The notes under the pieces were generated by a model. It was not told where the DNA came from. It saw only the letters and a program-made list of their open reading frames with translations, and ran no database searches. A stretch of DNA of 64,000 nt from Raillietiella orientalis (lineage: Eukaryota). The stretch lies in assembly GCA_036172245.1 (NCBI GenBank), contig JAYWIR010000003.1, positions 1,054,001 to 1,118,000 of the forward strand, in the 5' to 3' direction. Position numbers and translations under genes: made by a program. Below, one piece after another: positions 1 to 15,232 of the stretch; positions within the stretch are counted from its first letter, which is position 1, and the number at the start of each line of letters is the position of its first letter.

Positions 1-3000
1 CTGCCTCGGGCAATGCCACAGATGTATCTTGCTCATTATCACTCTCTTCCATATCAGGCCAGGAATCCTCATCTATGTGAAGTGGGGAAGGAGATCGACG
101 TTTGATCTTCTTCTGTTAATACATAGCAAATCGTGAACAGCGCATACATATTCCAGTTTACCCTAAAGGACGGCAGTTTAGGTAAAGAGGCACGAAAACC
201 AAGACGAAAATTTTCGAAGTTATAGCATTCTACTCCCAGCTGGTCACGTGCTTCTAAGAGCAAAGACAATGAATTGAATTCCTGCTTAGCTGGTTTTTCC
301 AACGTGGCTCCCGGATCCGTCTCCTGCAAATGGGTCTAAAAAGCCCATTAAATATGCGAGAATTGAACCTTGAATTGCCTCAAGTTGTCATCCCACCAAT
401 TCTCAAAGCATTTGAAAGCTGTGTTCTCGATCATCTTCTTGCTGAAGTCCTTCTTGAGAATCTGCTTAAGCTCTGCTATGATTTGCGTTATCACCAAGCT
501 GGCAGCATACAATCAACCCAGTGCCAGTGCACCATCCCACTTACTTTACAGTATCACATTTGGATTCATCATCAACACTGTCAGGATAGGAGTGAGGAGG
601 TGGATAACGTGGCACTGCAACAGGGAAAGGAGGATAAGCATGCTGGGAATACACGGGAAACTGATTTGAGATGTTGGAATAGAAAGGGTACATTGGTCTT
701 CCGGAGAGCACAGGAGAATAATACCACCCATAAACTCCAGAAGGGGGAGGGAGCATGTATGGAGGGGGGCGGAAATAATTGACAGGATGAAAAGGTGATG
801 GAAGACCTGAAGGAACTGGCAGATGTGCATACCCTGCATAACCAGTACAACCATTGGAGGTCTGATCTAAGGGCATGCCAGTTTGAGGAGGGCTGGAAGT
901 TAGAATCTTTTCCTCTCCTGAGCTCAGACTAGACAAAGACATGCAGTCGTCTTCCGAGACGCAGCTAGCTTTCTCAGAATTTGTTTGCTCAGAAGAGCTG
1001 CTCTCAGCATATGCTTCATGCTTGAGATCTTCAAAATGCCATCGGCGACGTTTTTGCTTTTGGATCTTCCTGCCAATCTCACGTCGCATGGAATCTTCAA
1101 TAGATTTGCAGGTCTGGATGTTTTTCAGCGCACTCTCCACATTGGCCAGAATCATCTCTGTTTCATGTTGATCCTGTTCTTTTAATTGCAAAATTCTGTC
1201 CTTGGTGAATTGATGCCATTTCAAATATAACTCGTGATTTAAAAAAGGAGATGGAGGATGACTAAGAGGTTCAGAATCCTGCTCAGCAGGCACACTATCC
1301 AACACTTCCGAACAAAAACTACTGGAAGGTGGTCCATGATGACTGGATGAAGAGGAAATGTCTTCCTCTGATAATTCACTTACAGGATGTTCAGCAGGCA
1401 ATTCTTCACTGCCTGAGTCACTCAGACCTAGATTGACAAGGGAACTTAGCCCACCTTCACTTTTTCCCTTCAGAAGTAACTCAATTCTCTTGTCCAGGCT
1501 CATTTTATTCTGACTATCAGAGTCACTGTCCTCACTGCTACTACCTTCTCTGCTGTGACTTGCAGAAGGATAAACGGAAATCTGCTTTTCATAATTCACA
1601 CAAGAATCTGGGAACACTTTGCAAGTAGCCATTGGTGGAGGACAATTTGCATCCCACAAAACAGGGGTGCCAGCTAAACTTGGTGGTTGCGGAGGAGGTA
1701 CCCTATCCCATCCTGGAGGGGGCCATGGAGCATGTGGTGGAGGGGGAGGGGGGAAGCTATGGTATTGGTTTATTGTATATGAATAACCATCAGCTATCCG
1801 AAGAGGATGTGGGGGTGGCAAATGACTGAGCGAAGGGGGAGGAACATGAATTGGTGGAGGAAACTGTTGAGGAAAATCCAATACAGGGGTTACTCTTGAA
1901 GAAGCTGAGTGATAACCAAAATCAGATGCAAAACTGCTTCGATCTACACTTAAATAACTTTTTTCACTATAAGTATAGCTTTTGTCACTTAGTACTGAGA
2001 CAGGTGTGGATAAACAATTTCGACACGACCTGCTATCACTGGTTTCATTTTCAGTTTTAATCTCAGAGTTTTCAATTAACTTTATTCCATCTTTTTCAGG
2101 GGTGGAGCTGGTGCTGTACTTGGAAGATGTTCCTTTCTCACCTTCATGATCCCCATCCACCAAAGGAGTAACTTTTTTCAATTCTGATTTGCTTTCAAAT
2201 ATTTTCCTGCATTCATCACCTGTAGGTAAACAAAGATCATCTGTACTACGTGCAATAACATCAGCACTTAAATGGAGTAACAGCACATATCTGCCACCCA
2301 GAAGAGTGTCACCCTTCATTATAATTTATTACATTCTTCTTAGACTTATTTAGGTTTCATATTAAGCTCTCCTTACCAAACTGATCTAGGAAGACATCCA
2401 ATTTTTTCCCCATAACCGACTTTTCATTCAAATTTTCCACACAACTGTTGGCTCCCTGGATAGTTTCAAAGACAACTCTAGCAAGTCCCAAATGCTTTTT
2501 GGTCATAGGATGGTAATATATGTGCAATTCTTCTACTGATCCATACTTTGTTACTAAGTCAGTAAGGAAACCTTTATCAACATTGTCATTCAAATTTGTG
2601 ATGGTTACTTCAACTGGAGGTGGGATTCCCACATAATTAGCATCAATCTAAGGTTTAGAAAATTCAAAGATTTGCATTGTAATCCTAGGTATACCTTGAA
2701 TTTGGGCACAGGCAATTCAAGAATTTCTGATCTTGTCCATATTTTTGTAAGATGGGATCGCGGATCTCGCAAATGTATTGGAGGATATGTGGGATCATTC
2801 AAAACACGTCCATCATAACGATATATTTTAAGTTTTCCTTTATCTCTTATTAGCAATGGATCCTGAAGTAGTTTCCAAGCTCTGCAATATAAAAGAATTT
2901 TAAACTATTTTCTAAGTGAATAAAGCAAATCAAATTAAATCATTAATTTATTGTAACCTTGAAAGATAACAAATTTCTTCACAAACAAAACATTAGCCTA

Positions 3001-3928
3001 TTTTATAGACTTTTATTCATTCACATAAAACTTCGGACATGAGATCAAGAATATCAACTGAAACAACCAATCTGTAATCTGATTAACAAAAGTATGCAAA
3101 AAAAAACTCATTATGATGACACTATATTATGGACTAAAACTAGACAACCACACACTGAATGAGAACAGAATTAATGAAAAATTCCTTCTTGATAATAACC
3201 AAACACCTACAATCATACCGTTAAATAGTAATTCTTGTTTTTTTAATGTAATCAATTCACCATTAAAATTTCCACTGAACTGCACCTGGTCTACTTGCCT
3301 AAAGCTTCTTTCACATATATAAACAAACTGATCTTTATCTACAAGTTCACTTATGCTTTTCAAAAGCATACATAAATCTGTCATGGAGATGGGTGCTTTA
3401 GGCATGAGAATGAATAAAGTTTACACACAAAATGTGTGCAAACTCTATTTTCCTAGCATAAACATGCCTTTATGACACTTAAATGTTAATAAACTGTTTA
3501 TAAGTTATTTATCTTCTGGCTCATTCATTTTCATGATTACTTCCATTATTTTCCAAAAAGGCTGCAAATGACTCGAAAATTTAAAAGTTGTTTTAGATAA
3601 GTATTGAAAATCTTACAATCAAATTTACCACTAAAAGAAGTGACACTTGTGGGTTACCATGCTACTTTGCATATAAAGTTTTGGTCAATGTAGGTGATGA
3701 AGATACACTGAAAAACTTATTTCTAAAACTACAAACAAACATGATGCAAATGGATACAAAGAAGAATGAAATTCTATAAACACGAAAGTCACTGCCCATT
3801 TAAATCAATGAAAAATGAATTAAGGGATAGCTGGAAAAAAAAAAACAAAAAAAAAACTAATGGATGTGAATTTGAAACCATGATAAAACTTTTTCATAAT
3901 CATTTTTATTTCAGCTTGTGACTGTCTG

Positions 3929-3960
<32 letters not shown>

Positions 3961-5750
3961 GGGGCAAAAATGAATATCAGGCTTAAATGCAAAGACTGAT
4001 TTTCATATGTAATAAATTATGATCTAATTAATATAACTCCAAAGCATATACCATATTATGATGATGATGATGATACTATAATCAGCAGTAAATTCATAAT
4101 ATATGATGTAATGTACCTCAGCTACAAAATTTCATGGATACAAATTTTTGCTATGTAATTTTGTCAAATGCACAACAGGATATTAAAAAACTGTGAAATA
4201 AATACACAACTTGTACAAAGCTTCCAATGAAATCAAAATTTAAAGTCAAAAATAGAACCTAACATAAAAATCAGCTATTCTACACAATTTAATTGTAACT
4301 GAATCCAAGTGATTGGAGAGAAGGTTTAAAAAATGAAAAAAAAAAAAAAAAAAAAAAACTCTCTGGATATCTTTTCAAACAGACCTTGTAAGAAGCAATC
4401 ATTTAATCATCATGGATTCCCTAAAAAAAAGAATCCTACATGAATTAACACATGAAAAGACAAATGAACAGATTACTTGTTCACAATAATTAGCTTCTGT
4501 AAATATCCAATATTGTTATTTTGCATTTTGTTCCATGAGAAACATGATGAGCCCTCTCAAATCTAAAAGTATTCCTGAATATCAAAAAGTTTTTTTGAAA
4601 ACGGAAGTTCCTTTTTCATCTGGATAACCAATTTTACCAAATTTTTCGGAAATACGATTCCAGCATTTAGAAGTGAGAATTTTAAAATACTACCTTTTAT
4701 TAGGATTATTGAATAAGGGAAAACACAAATACTGAATCAGATTGCAAAAGAGCTTGGAATCTTCTTGTGGCTTCAAGACTAGTTACATGTAATCTGCACA
4801 CCTGCAGAAAACAAAAGTCTTGTTCTTAAGCACTCTAATGTACTGAGATAATTTAAATAGGTGCCATCATCAATTATAATTACGCTACTAGCTGTGTTTC
4901 ATAATGAATATGAAAATAAAATGAAATATGATATCATGGATGATACTGTGCTAACTTGGAACAATTTCAAAACAAAAACTGAAAAAAGTATCCATAACAC
5001 AAAATAGCACGATTGTAAATGCAATACCAAAACTCTCTATCGAATGCATTCGTTAAAATATTAATGTGAAATAGATCTATCATAAATTCTTGTTCCTTCT
5101 TGCCCGTTCTGAAATTCTGCAAATTGTGAAGTAAACATTCCCAAACTACTACCATACTCACAGGAAATATCAACAACTCATGATACTGAAACTAATACAC
5201 ACCTTTTATTCACACATCTCTAGGAGTGCTAAAAACGCGGCTAAAAGATCACCAAGAAAAAGGGGTATACATACTTTGTAGTATGTTTCCGAAGCCATAC
5301 GATAACTCACACTGATGACGATGTTATTAAAGATGAGTCGAAACATTACAGAAAAATTTCAATTTATAAATCGCAAAACTTGATACGTTTACGTTGGTGG
5401 ATTTGAGATTGACGGAGATTGCAAGATCTGCATGCGAAGGATAACGAAGTACTTTGGGACAATCACACGAGTCAAATTTTCATACAGAATTTCACGTTAT
5501 TTAAATTTATGCTTATGAATATACGTGTAAATCGTTGTGTTGCATCGAACTTTGTTACGTGTTACACAATGGATAAATAATGAAAACACATTAAACAAAA
5601 TCCAACTATAACGAGATATTCGGGATCAAAATGTGCTCCCTTATCAAATTTCACAACTTACTTGTAATGTTTGGGAACATGAAATTTTTCCGATGGTTTC
5701 TGCTGATTTGGATCAATGTTATTTGCAATAGCATCCATAGCTCCATTCAT
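1..5750 (-). CDS. Set1: SET1/SETD1 histone H3K4 methyltransferase, N-terminal part (gene continues beyond position 1)
   Basis: GT-AG spliced exons 5750-5662, 2881-2695, 2647-2377, 2219-545, 498-369, 323-162, 112-<1 keep one frame. Motifs: WKLLQDP..KIYRYDG..DPR, RRM (VEVTITNLNDNVDKGFL...HLGLARVVF), Pro-rich linker, LDKRIELLLK, DDCMSLSSLSSG, ELKQILKKDFSKKMIENTAFKCFENWWD and LPKLPSFR, all typical of metazoan SETD1A/B. The SET domain lies outside the window. Confidence 0.9.
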
Positions 5751-6845
5751 GTTATTGATTCCTTTTGTGAGCTTCATACGAAACCAAAATTTTTATATTT
5801 ACTAATTTTCATTTTGAAACTGCAAAACGCAACACTTCTACAGCAACAAATCACGACATATTTGCTTTACAGATAACGCCAATTTGCAAGTGAACAAAAT
5901 ACCACATTTGCTACAAGCACTCAAAGCTTACATCTGCTGCACACATTACACTATTGATTCATAGTAAGCCGTTAGAATTGGTTTGATGGAAACCTCAACT
6001 AAAGGCTGAAATCATGAAAACACGGAATATCACATATCCGACCACCACCACCACACCACGCGATCAAGCGAAGAGTTCGTAAAAAACTAAACATGGAGTT
6101 AGTGGCGTGTTTCGGTTATTCAGTTTCTGAAAGATTGATAATAAGATAATTAATAGGATCCAGGCAATTTTTTTTCCCCTTTTCCCCCTTCCCTCTCTCT
6201 CCTGCACTTGTCCGAAATAAAACTGTGTGACAGCGAGCTTTTCCGACTTCTCTGCGCCGAATTTTTCTAAATTCCCAAAACAAAGTAATCTGTGATTTCG
6301 AAGTGACGTATTTACAAGGTACTGAATGAAAGTACGCAAATAAATATAAATTAAATGAATATCAGTAACAGCGTCGTCGAGTCATCATTTCTTGATTGAA
6401 AAGTTTAAAGCGAAGCTTTGCAGAGTTTATGCAAAACTTTCAATTTGTTGGCAGTTGCATGCTTGCAGAGGAAAAGGTTTGGTGGGTGGGTGTAACACGT
6501 TAGGAGTAAAAGCTCGTATGAAAAACTGGTCGGCAAAACTTGGAACAAAGAAAGGCATCAGGAAGAAGGAAAACCCCCATATGTATATGAATGGAAACCG
6601 TTATAGGGACAATATTTCGAAAAAGTACGGAGATCGTAAAACAACAACAAAGTTAAATGATTGTCATTGAGTTAATCAGCGTGATGGGTTGAATCGGATG
6701 AGATTTTTTTTTGCCTCATTGACGAGGATATTGCGAGTATAACACGCTGCATTAGCGATGGTAAAAGAATAATAAACAGCTTTTAAGCAACGAAACCAAA
6801 TCGAGAACAGTTTATAGTGAATGATGAAGAGTACCACTAGAAATT

Positions 6846-7139
6846 TCACGGTTCTGCTGACAATCCAATTCTACACAAAAGATGAACATTTCGATGTTCT
6901 TTTGACTGGCTAGCCACAAACTCCTTCCATGAGTCTGGATATTTCTTTGACTCTAGCAACTCTAGCACAATATTCGCTTTGTGAATCCAAAAAAATGTTC
7001 CAATGTCTTTAGTGTTTGAACCAATACCTATCGATGCACTATGATCTATCCATTGATTATCATCTATATAGTTCTCTTTCTTGCCTAGGCTATCAAGTCT
7101 CGAGTTCTGCTCATAACCATACTTACCGGAATAATGCAT
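6846..7139 (-). mobile_element. Possible highly decayed LINE reverse-transcriptase fragment
   Basis: The translation contains LLESKKYPDSWKEFV, resembling the G.FP.SWK...V motif at the start of non-LTR RT domains. There is little other support. Confidence 0.25.
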
Positions 7140-8979
7140 CTCTTAATCTTCAAGTCCAACTCCTACTTATCTAGGAAACTAATTTACGCTCCATTAAAAT
7201 ATGATACTGACCGGTGTGTACATGAACACACGAATGCTCGATGAAATTATGGATGGTTCACATATTCATGTCCCTTGAATAATCACTAGGGTGTAGGCCT
7301 TTTCCTGGCTTCTTGGCACATCTTTTTGCTTCGATGCATTTTAGTAGCAGAATTTTTTTTTTACTTTCCTTAAGAAATGTGCAACTTTATATTCGTTGCG
7401 TTTAGTACTCTGTACGAAATTAACTTTATTAATCTTTGGCCGGTTTGTTGAGACTCAGGACTGATTAGTATGGCCGATCTCGAGGTCTTTGCATTGCATC
7501 CAAAATAAGTGAGACAATAACATAGAGTCAAGGAGGGGAAAATTTTCAACTCGTCTCACTACTTTTCAAACTTAGCATTTTGTTAAAAAATAAATGAGGG
7601 AACAAGTGGATTGAAAATGAATTTACGCGCCTTCATGCATAGGAAATTTTTTCATCTTTCAGAAATTTCAGTGGAAAAAAGAGGATGCAATTAGGTTTAG
7701 AAAGCACAGACGCCATCACGAAATCATTTCCTCATTTCTCTCATTCTGTGAGATGACTAACCGAAACATTGAGCATTTACTGACGAACAATCAGTAAATT
7801 AAATTTACCAACAGCAATAGAGCTTTAAATTACCTTACGTAATATGAATTCATGAATCGATTCTTCGCATCGTCTCAGTACTGAACACAGAACTGGTGTA
7901 TATGTGTTGAAACATTTTCAAACTGTAAATGTCTTTTCAACATGTCGATGCTCTCGCAAAAAAAAATAATTGTAGCATCACTCATGTGAGATGCATTGCA
8001 TTTCATTCTATACAAAATATAGATTGCAAACATTGCTGACTTATATTTAACTTTGATAAAGAAACTTTATTTCTTAATCCTGAGATATCCTCAGCATTTC
8101 TCCTATCATTTTACAGTTGCGTTTACCGAGGAATTCTTCCTATTAGAATAAATCACCATATCCTGCATCTCCGAATGAGTTGACACTTCAAGTGATCATA
8201 TAATTACATGTCACCAGAAAGAGTATGCTTGACCTCTTGACGAATTGTTTAATTGCAGCCATAGTTCCAATTTAAGACCTATTCGTATATAATGAAGCAT
8301 TAAACCTATGAAAATAGCGGCACGATATATTCGCGCCTTTATGCACGCGTAAAGTAGAGGCGTATTAAATTACTATTTGTAATTGGCTAAGCAGTTAAAC
8401 GTACTGCAATGAGGTTTAATTGTATTTAATTCAGTGGCATTCTAATTATCTAGAACTGGAAACACTAGTGCATGTTGTAAGGTTAGCATTAAAAAGGCCA
8501 CTAAGGATGTCAATAAACGACTTCGGTCCTGCGATGACATCATGCCCTTACTGTTTTTCAAGAGTACGAAAAAGAGCAGAGAAATAATAGGATTTTTGTT
8601 TCGGGATCCGAAGTCACTAAATAGCTGTTTCATAATTTTGGACCCCACAGCCTATTTTGATACTCCAGAATAATTTAGAAATTTCCCAATCTGAGTTATT
8701 GAGGTCTTTTGAAAATGGCTGTGTTTAGAGACTGACTGGTTTGAACTCATCACCTAAAAACCAATCTCACGGAAAAATCTTTGATCCGGGAATCGGGTAT
8801 GCAGTGCATCTAGACTAGGTAACACAATATGTAAAAAATGTTGAGTTTGTGGGCTTGAAATGCTGGCAGAGGAACCTGAGGAAAACATGAATAACTCACC
8901 GAACAGCTGGTTGTGTACTCACCGAATTGCAAACTCCTCATTGCTACTCGATTGAAACTTCAAAGTCCTATCCTTACAT

Positions 8980-9014
<35 letters not shown>

Positions 9015-10374
9015 GCAAAGGAATACAAGCCTTATGGAAATGCAATAGCAAATTCGGTGTATAAGCAACCGACATGTTTTAGAAAACTGCGGAGTTGCAT
9101 CGGTTGGAAACGCGTAAAGTCCAACGTGCAGAACGGCAAGGTTTTTTTAAATCCTCCCCCAAAAAACACTTGCACAACTGCAAAGAGCACACTGCTCTAC
9201 GCAAATATCTGCAACGGCGCGAGCAGGTCTTTTACAAAGGTGAGCTCGCGCACGCCACCAAACGCTGCGGCGCACTTGCAACACGGCAGCTCACGCGCGC
9301 AACACGAGGTGCGAACGGCAGCGTCCTTAGCTGTACGGTCCCTTAGGAAATGGATGTGCCAGTCGGATGATGAAAACAAAAAAGGAAGGTAATTCTAACG
9401 AATTCGGAGGCCGTTCGTCCGAAGAGAACTCCGTTCCCGCGGATGCGGAAATCCCCTTGCCGAGCAAAGCATTTCTTCCCGATTCTCCCGACAGAAAGCA
9501 GTACGTAACACACGAATGTGTGACAAGTACTTTAATATACTTGGTCTTTATGCGTTAAATTTCCGCTTGAAATATGGGTTTCGGTAGGGTACCTACGGCT
9601 GAATTGCAGATTCTGTATCAGAATTCTCACACATATAAACTTGCATGCCCCTCCAATCACTTTATTCAAATATCCAATGATATCCCAATTTAAATTTTGA
9701 ATAGCAAAAATGTCAAGGCCTCATTTTTCTAAAGTAAACGTTTTATTTGAATGGATAAATCGGATAATTTGTTCCCTGTTATAAGAGAATCTGTTTTGGA
9801 TACTTTCATTGTTCATACTCAGATGTGGAACTACCAGTCATGTATTGTAGTGGTATTTTATGATTCTTATAAATGCTTGATTAGAATAAAAGTGTCCAAA
9901 CTTATGAATTACAATCATAAGTTTAATAAAAATAGCAAATTTTTCCTTTTGATCTCCTTCGTTTATCATGATATCATCACTTATGATGCATCTGATTGGC
10001 AGCAGTGCATTTAGTAGTTTGGATCTCAACACATTACTGAAAAAGTCCTTCATCAAGTAGTCTCCATCACTTGTGCTAAATATTTATTGACATAATATTG
10101 TAACATGAAAAGGTTCCCTGGAAAGTTAAAAACAGATTCAACTGTGAAATATGGATCAAAACTTCAATTACACTTTATGGGAATTCATTAGGCAATGGCA
10201 AAATAGCTTTTTAAAAACTAATGCTTTTTGAATGGAAAAAGCCTTACTGATTTTAAATGAGTAAACAAGATGGCAGAAAAGTTAGAAAAAAAAAAAAAAA
10301 AATTATAAAAACAAAACACATATCAAATGCAGTCTACTTGAAAGTATAGGTTTACATACACATCATTACATCAA

Positions 10375-10785
10375 TCATTTACCAAAACCTCCTTTACAAG
10401 TTGGAGACTTTCTTGAAACACTACTGCTATCCCACTGTTCAGGAGTGAATGCCTAACATTCATATTCAAAACATTTTCAAATTTTGCAATGTAATACTTA
10501 CAATTATGGAGAGTGCATGAATTCCTGAACTCATTTCTTTACTTAACGTATCATATATTAATTTATGTCTCTAAAAATTGAAATCTAGCTGGCCCAAAAC
10601 TTAACATGATTTACCTTAATCAGATTCATATTATCAAAAACGTTGGAAACAACAATAACTCTAAAATGCGTTTCAGAGGATTTTGGAACATTATGCATGC
10701 CTGATTCATTTATAACTTCCACAAACATAGGTCTGAATGCATCTTTCAATTTTTGTTGCACTATCTTTTGCATGGAACGGGCCAT
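10375..10785 (-). CDS. BOLA1: BolA-like protein (BOLA1 type)
   Basis: Exons 10785-10615, 10570-10502, 10452-10375 (introns of 44 and 49 nt, GT-AG). Translation ...VEVINESGMHNVPKSSETHFRVIVVSNVF..LIK|RHKLIYDTL..GIHALSII|AFTPEQW...SPTCKGGFGK* carries the canonical BolA motifs. An additional upstream exon is possible. Confidence 0.92.
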
Positions 10786-13700
10786 TATCTTTGAATTTAT
10801 CCAACTTTAATAGCATAGAATTGAATATACCAATGTGATATGAGACTTCATTCAACAACATAAAACTTATGAGACTTCACTTGCTATCCCTTGCAAAAAA
10901 GTTGCTAATTATATTAAGAATGCAATTTTCTCAAGCAATCCTATTACATTATCAACATTATTGCAAATTCACCAATGTGTATTAGGAATTTCTTACTTCC
11001 TAAAAGAACGAAATCGCAATTAGGTAATTTTTGATCAAATGTTTGTCATTCTCCAGTGGCAACAAAAATTATACTACCAACACATCAACTTAATTTGCTC
11101 TGGATTATAATAACCCATGCAAAGTTACGTGCATAGTTCTCTTCCTACACCACATTGATGAATATCTTTGAAACTGACAGTACTCAACAGCTGGACAATA
11201 AAACACTTATTCATAAAAAGATAATAATAATAATAATAATACAAATGTTTTCATTAGGGCATGCGTAAGTACATAGGTAGTAGTAGATTCCAATACACAT
11301 GTGCAAAAATTACAATTTACATTAAAGTTATGGAAATGTTTCATCAGAGTCAAAGGTCCATAGGACATGGCAAACGAAAATAAGTAAACCAAGGATAAGG
11401 AGGGAAAAAATAACGATGAGCAAAGTAATTGTGATCAACCCTTTCATTTTTATATATTTATCACGAAACCTTTAAAAAAAATGCGATGCATGTGACGATA
11501 GTGAGTAAAATATAATATTCTAGCACATAAATAATTACTTTATGGATACTCTTACTTACGCAACTAATATCTATGAACTCGGAAAATATTATTGATATTT
11601 CCAACTCTATGAAAGTTACACTGCTAACATTTCATACACAAAACTTCAGATGTTGCACTACCGAAAATTTTGAATGATTGTCTGAAGCAAACCCACATGT
11701 GACTTCTAATTTTCGTGCGCCTTTTCACAGAAGTCAAGGATCCCAGCAGAAATAACCAAACTAATAATAGTAGTAATAATAATGCGCCAATTTACGCGTC
11801 ATTTGCTGGATTCCGAGCTTGGGATTTGGATTCACAGATCCAACCAGATTTAAAAATTTTTTGTTTCTTGTTCTACTCCCACACAGACATATCTTTAAAA
11901 GCAATTCCTAAACAATTTATACAAAGCGTACGAGGTACAAAGTAAGCAATAAATGATGGGATTTAAGTTTACATGAGTAAATCTACTATGAGTTCTGAGC
12001 GAAATCGGAGTTATATCCTTTTGGAAAAGTACTTGATCAGAAACATCCTGAATTCTCGAACGAGTCCAAGTTCATTAAGATAAAAGTAGCTCGGCTAAGT
12101 TAATCGGCAAATATTCCTGGTAGTTATGCATGAAATCTTATCTTTGAGAACCACCACTGTTTTCGTCTAGTAAATTAGTACATGATGCACAGTCATCTTA
12201 AACATGGTTATTTTCAAAATTATTGCTCACCATTGTCGATTTGACCTGGAAGGTTTAAAGATACAATTTTCTAGTCTAAGTACTTACAATAGTAATATAA
12301 TTTCTAAAATTAGCATAATTTAATAGCATTGAACGTGGAGGATAGGAAAATTTCATGGTTTCAAATTTCTTTTCAGAAACAAAGAAAAGTGATTCTGATT
12401 ATGCAAGCGTCATTTTTGTATAGTGTTCTAGTTTTGTTAGAAATAACTAGCATAATACAAAGATAAAATCAGCAAACTTTTCCTTACTATTTCGAAAAAT
12501 GCACATCACTTCTTCCAAAAAGCAAAGGTGTGCAGAAATGATGAACGATGGTTAATATACTTACATTATGGATCATTATGGTAGAGAGGAGCATTTTTAG
12601 CCAGAGTACCAAAACAGAAGTGTGATATTTATCTCGAATGATGTTCGCATATCTTTGGCATCTCGCGGAACTGTGCTGACTTACAAAGCTGGCAATATGT
12701 TTCGTCTATGACAACAACAACAAAGTTGTCGATATTTCAGAAAGCCCAATATTCAGAAAAATATTTCAGTTATATGTAATTGTATGTATGATTTCTTCGA
12801 GTTCAAATTCAAAGTACTGCATAGAAATGATATGAGGCCAATAAATATCACGCGAAACATTTTTCTAAGTAACTGCATAGTAAGGTCTAAACTTTTAACG
12901 AATGACTCGGGGGAAAGAGATGCATGTAAAGGATGGTTAATAGTGATACTGGTAAGGAGTAATGAACGACAATGGCAATTTTCTCGGTTTGTGTGTGGCA
13001 GTGAAGCTATGCTTTTTGAGATCTAATTTTTTTCGACGAAAATGCTTCTTTTTTCATTCAAAAGAGAATGGTCCGTATAAACGTTATGAAATAAACTGGA
13101 TATGCAAGCTGACACAATTTGAATTACTTCATAGGAATCTGATGAGTTGCCAAGTGAAACTTAGGCCGAATATGATAAAAGAGATAACGTAATTCTAAGG
13201 ATTATAAAATAGAGTACTCAAACAGTGAGTTTCAAATGTCAGCTAACTTTACTTTCAAGCTTCTGAGAATTTGTTATGAACAGCACAGGTAATATCTTGA
13301 ATGCTTAATTAGCGATCCGCAGTTCTAATATCGCAGTACTGAATAAAGATCCTTGATTCATAACTGAACACATGTTTCTCTAGTAAGAATGGGCATATTA
13401 AGGGAGCCATTGAAAGCCTACTTATTAAATATAATGTTTTATTTGAAAAAAAGTTTCAATTTAATATTATCTTATTTCAGCACTTTTTTAATTTTAGTAT
13501 CTAGAGAGATGGACGATTTTACATAAGATGCCTCTCCAACCATGTTGTCCATTGACAAATACTAGCGTTCCTTCATTTCTGATTGTCGTTTAAGTTTCTC
13601 TTCGTTTTGCTAATCTTAAGCCTTCGTTACCTGATCCTCAATATTCACAGAAAAACTAGCAGAAATGCAGTTTACAAACCCTTCATTTGAAGAAATAATA

Positions 13701-13999
13701 TGTATTGTGACTCGGTAACGTCTTTTGAGGGAAAATATTGTCCATGAATTCTGTAACACTAATTACAACGGACTATGAGCAAATTGCTTTGAACGAACTC
13801 TTTTAGAAATTCATGGCTAATTTAGGCTTTTAATAACTATTTCAAGGATTAAGAATGAGTTAGCAAACAAATCGTTTTTAATGATTTGCTTATTGACACT
13901 TAAATTATATTATAATCTCCTTACGATGACTGAAAATGGACGTGTACTCTTCATGCAAATGCATTTTGGGACTTTATGATGGAAGACCTAGTATTGATA

Positions 14000-15232
14000 A
14001 CTTGCAGGCGTAATGGGTAATGATGCCCACTTGGCATCGTGATTGTCTAATTCCCATGCTGTTTAGAGGTATCCATGTTTCCACGGTCCGTATTGTCTAT
14101 TTTACTAGGAGTTGCCGCAAAAAGTTTTCAAAAAACAATTCCTAGAAGGCGCGTTTCTTGCATTTTCAGCAATTGCTAATTTTAGCTGTTCCAATAGCAT
14201 TCAGAAGAAATTGCTTGTGTTTTGGAATTCACGAAGAAATTAGGTTTCTCTGTAAATTTTGTGATTTTGTCGTTTCTTCTACTTTGTTTTCGAGCCTGTA
14301 CCTAGATTTTGCTAGCTGCTTGTTCTTTTCCCACTCAAGGATAGTGGTGACTGAAAGTCTGACACTTTTGCACGGTAGCTTCCATGACCGTACGCTTCTG
14401 TTCTTTCTTATTTCTGAAAGCTTCCTCATAGACGAACTCTTGAGTGAAATCAGACATGTTACGAACAATCTTAACTTAAATGCTGATTTTCTCTAAAACT
14501 AAGGACGTTATTTTTCTGGAGGTCACAAACACCTTAATTTTAGTGAGAATGAGGTAGCAAAGTTATCAATTTGTGGCTGTTTTCTAGTGATCAGGGACAA
14601 CTTGTGGTTGGTCAACCATATTCCAACATGAGGAGTACACTTATCTCAACGGTGTATTGGTATGAAGTTCTATGAAACTCGAAACTCTGGAGTCTTTGGA
14701 TTTCTGTTTAAAAACAATGTTCCTGAGTGATAAAAACAGTACACATAAAGTACTGATCAAACAGAAAGTTTCCATTCCCACTCTTCAAAGTCAACCTCGA
14801 AAGCTTCTGGGAAGATGATAAATAAGTTAAAAGGTTACCATTCTTCAATATTTTGTATTTTATTTCTGCTAACGACTCATCAATGCTGCTGCTAAGATGG
14901 AACAATAGGGTAACAAATCTTTCCATTCCTGTTGCTTTTGCAATGCTGCCACACGAGAAATGAGCAAGAGCTGAAGGAAAAATAAAAAGAATCAAAATTT
15001 TGTCTAGAAAGGGAAACGATTTTCCAGATAATTGGTTGAGCCCTTTCAGAGTACAAGCGAGAGAAGTACAACAATCAAGTATCAAATTGTATACTGAATC
15101 TAAAAGTGTCAGAGAAGCCAATATAAAGATCGCCACTTTACACCGAAATGAGGATTTTGTTTTTATATGGTGAATGCAAAAGTAGAAACTAGAAAGACAC
15201 ATTGGTACTTCAAGTAAAACATACCTATACAT
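14000..15232 (-). mobile_element. Possible AT-eroded L1-like retrotransposon relic
   Basis: Interrupted frames with weak resemblance to endonuclease/linker/RT segments (TLKSGNGNFLFDQYF; MGIRQ). No host-gene splice structure was found. Confidence 0.25.

Noticed and set aside
541..2319. 592-aa ORF as a stand-alone gene
   Set aside because: It is a large internal Set1 exon (2219-545); the first ~33 codons are intronic.
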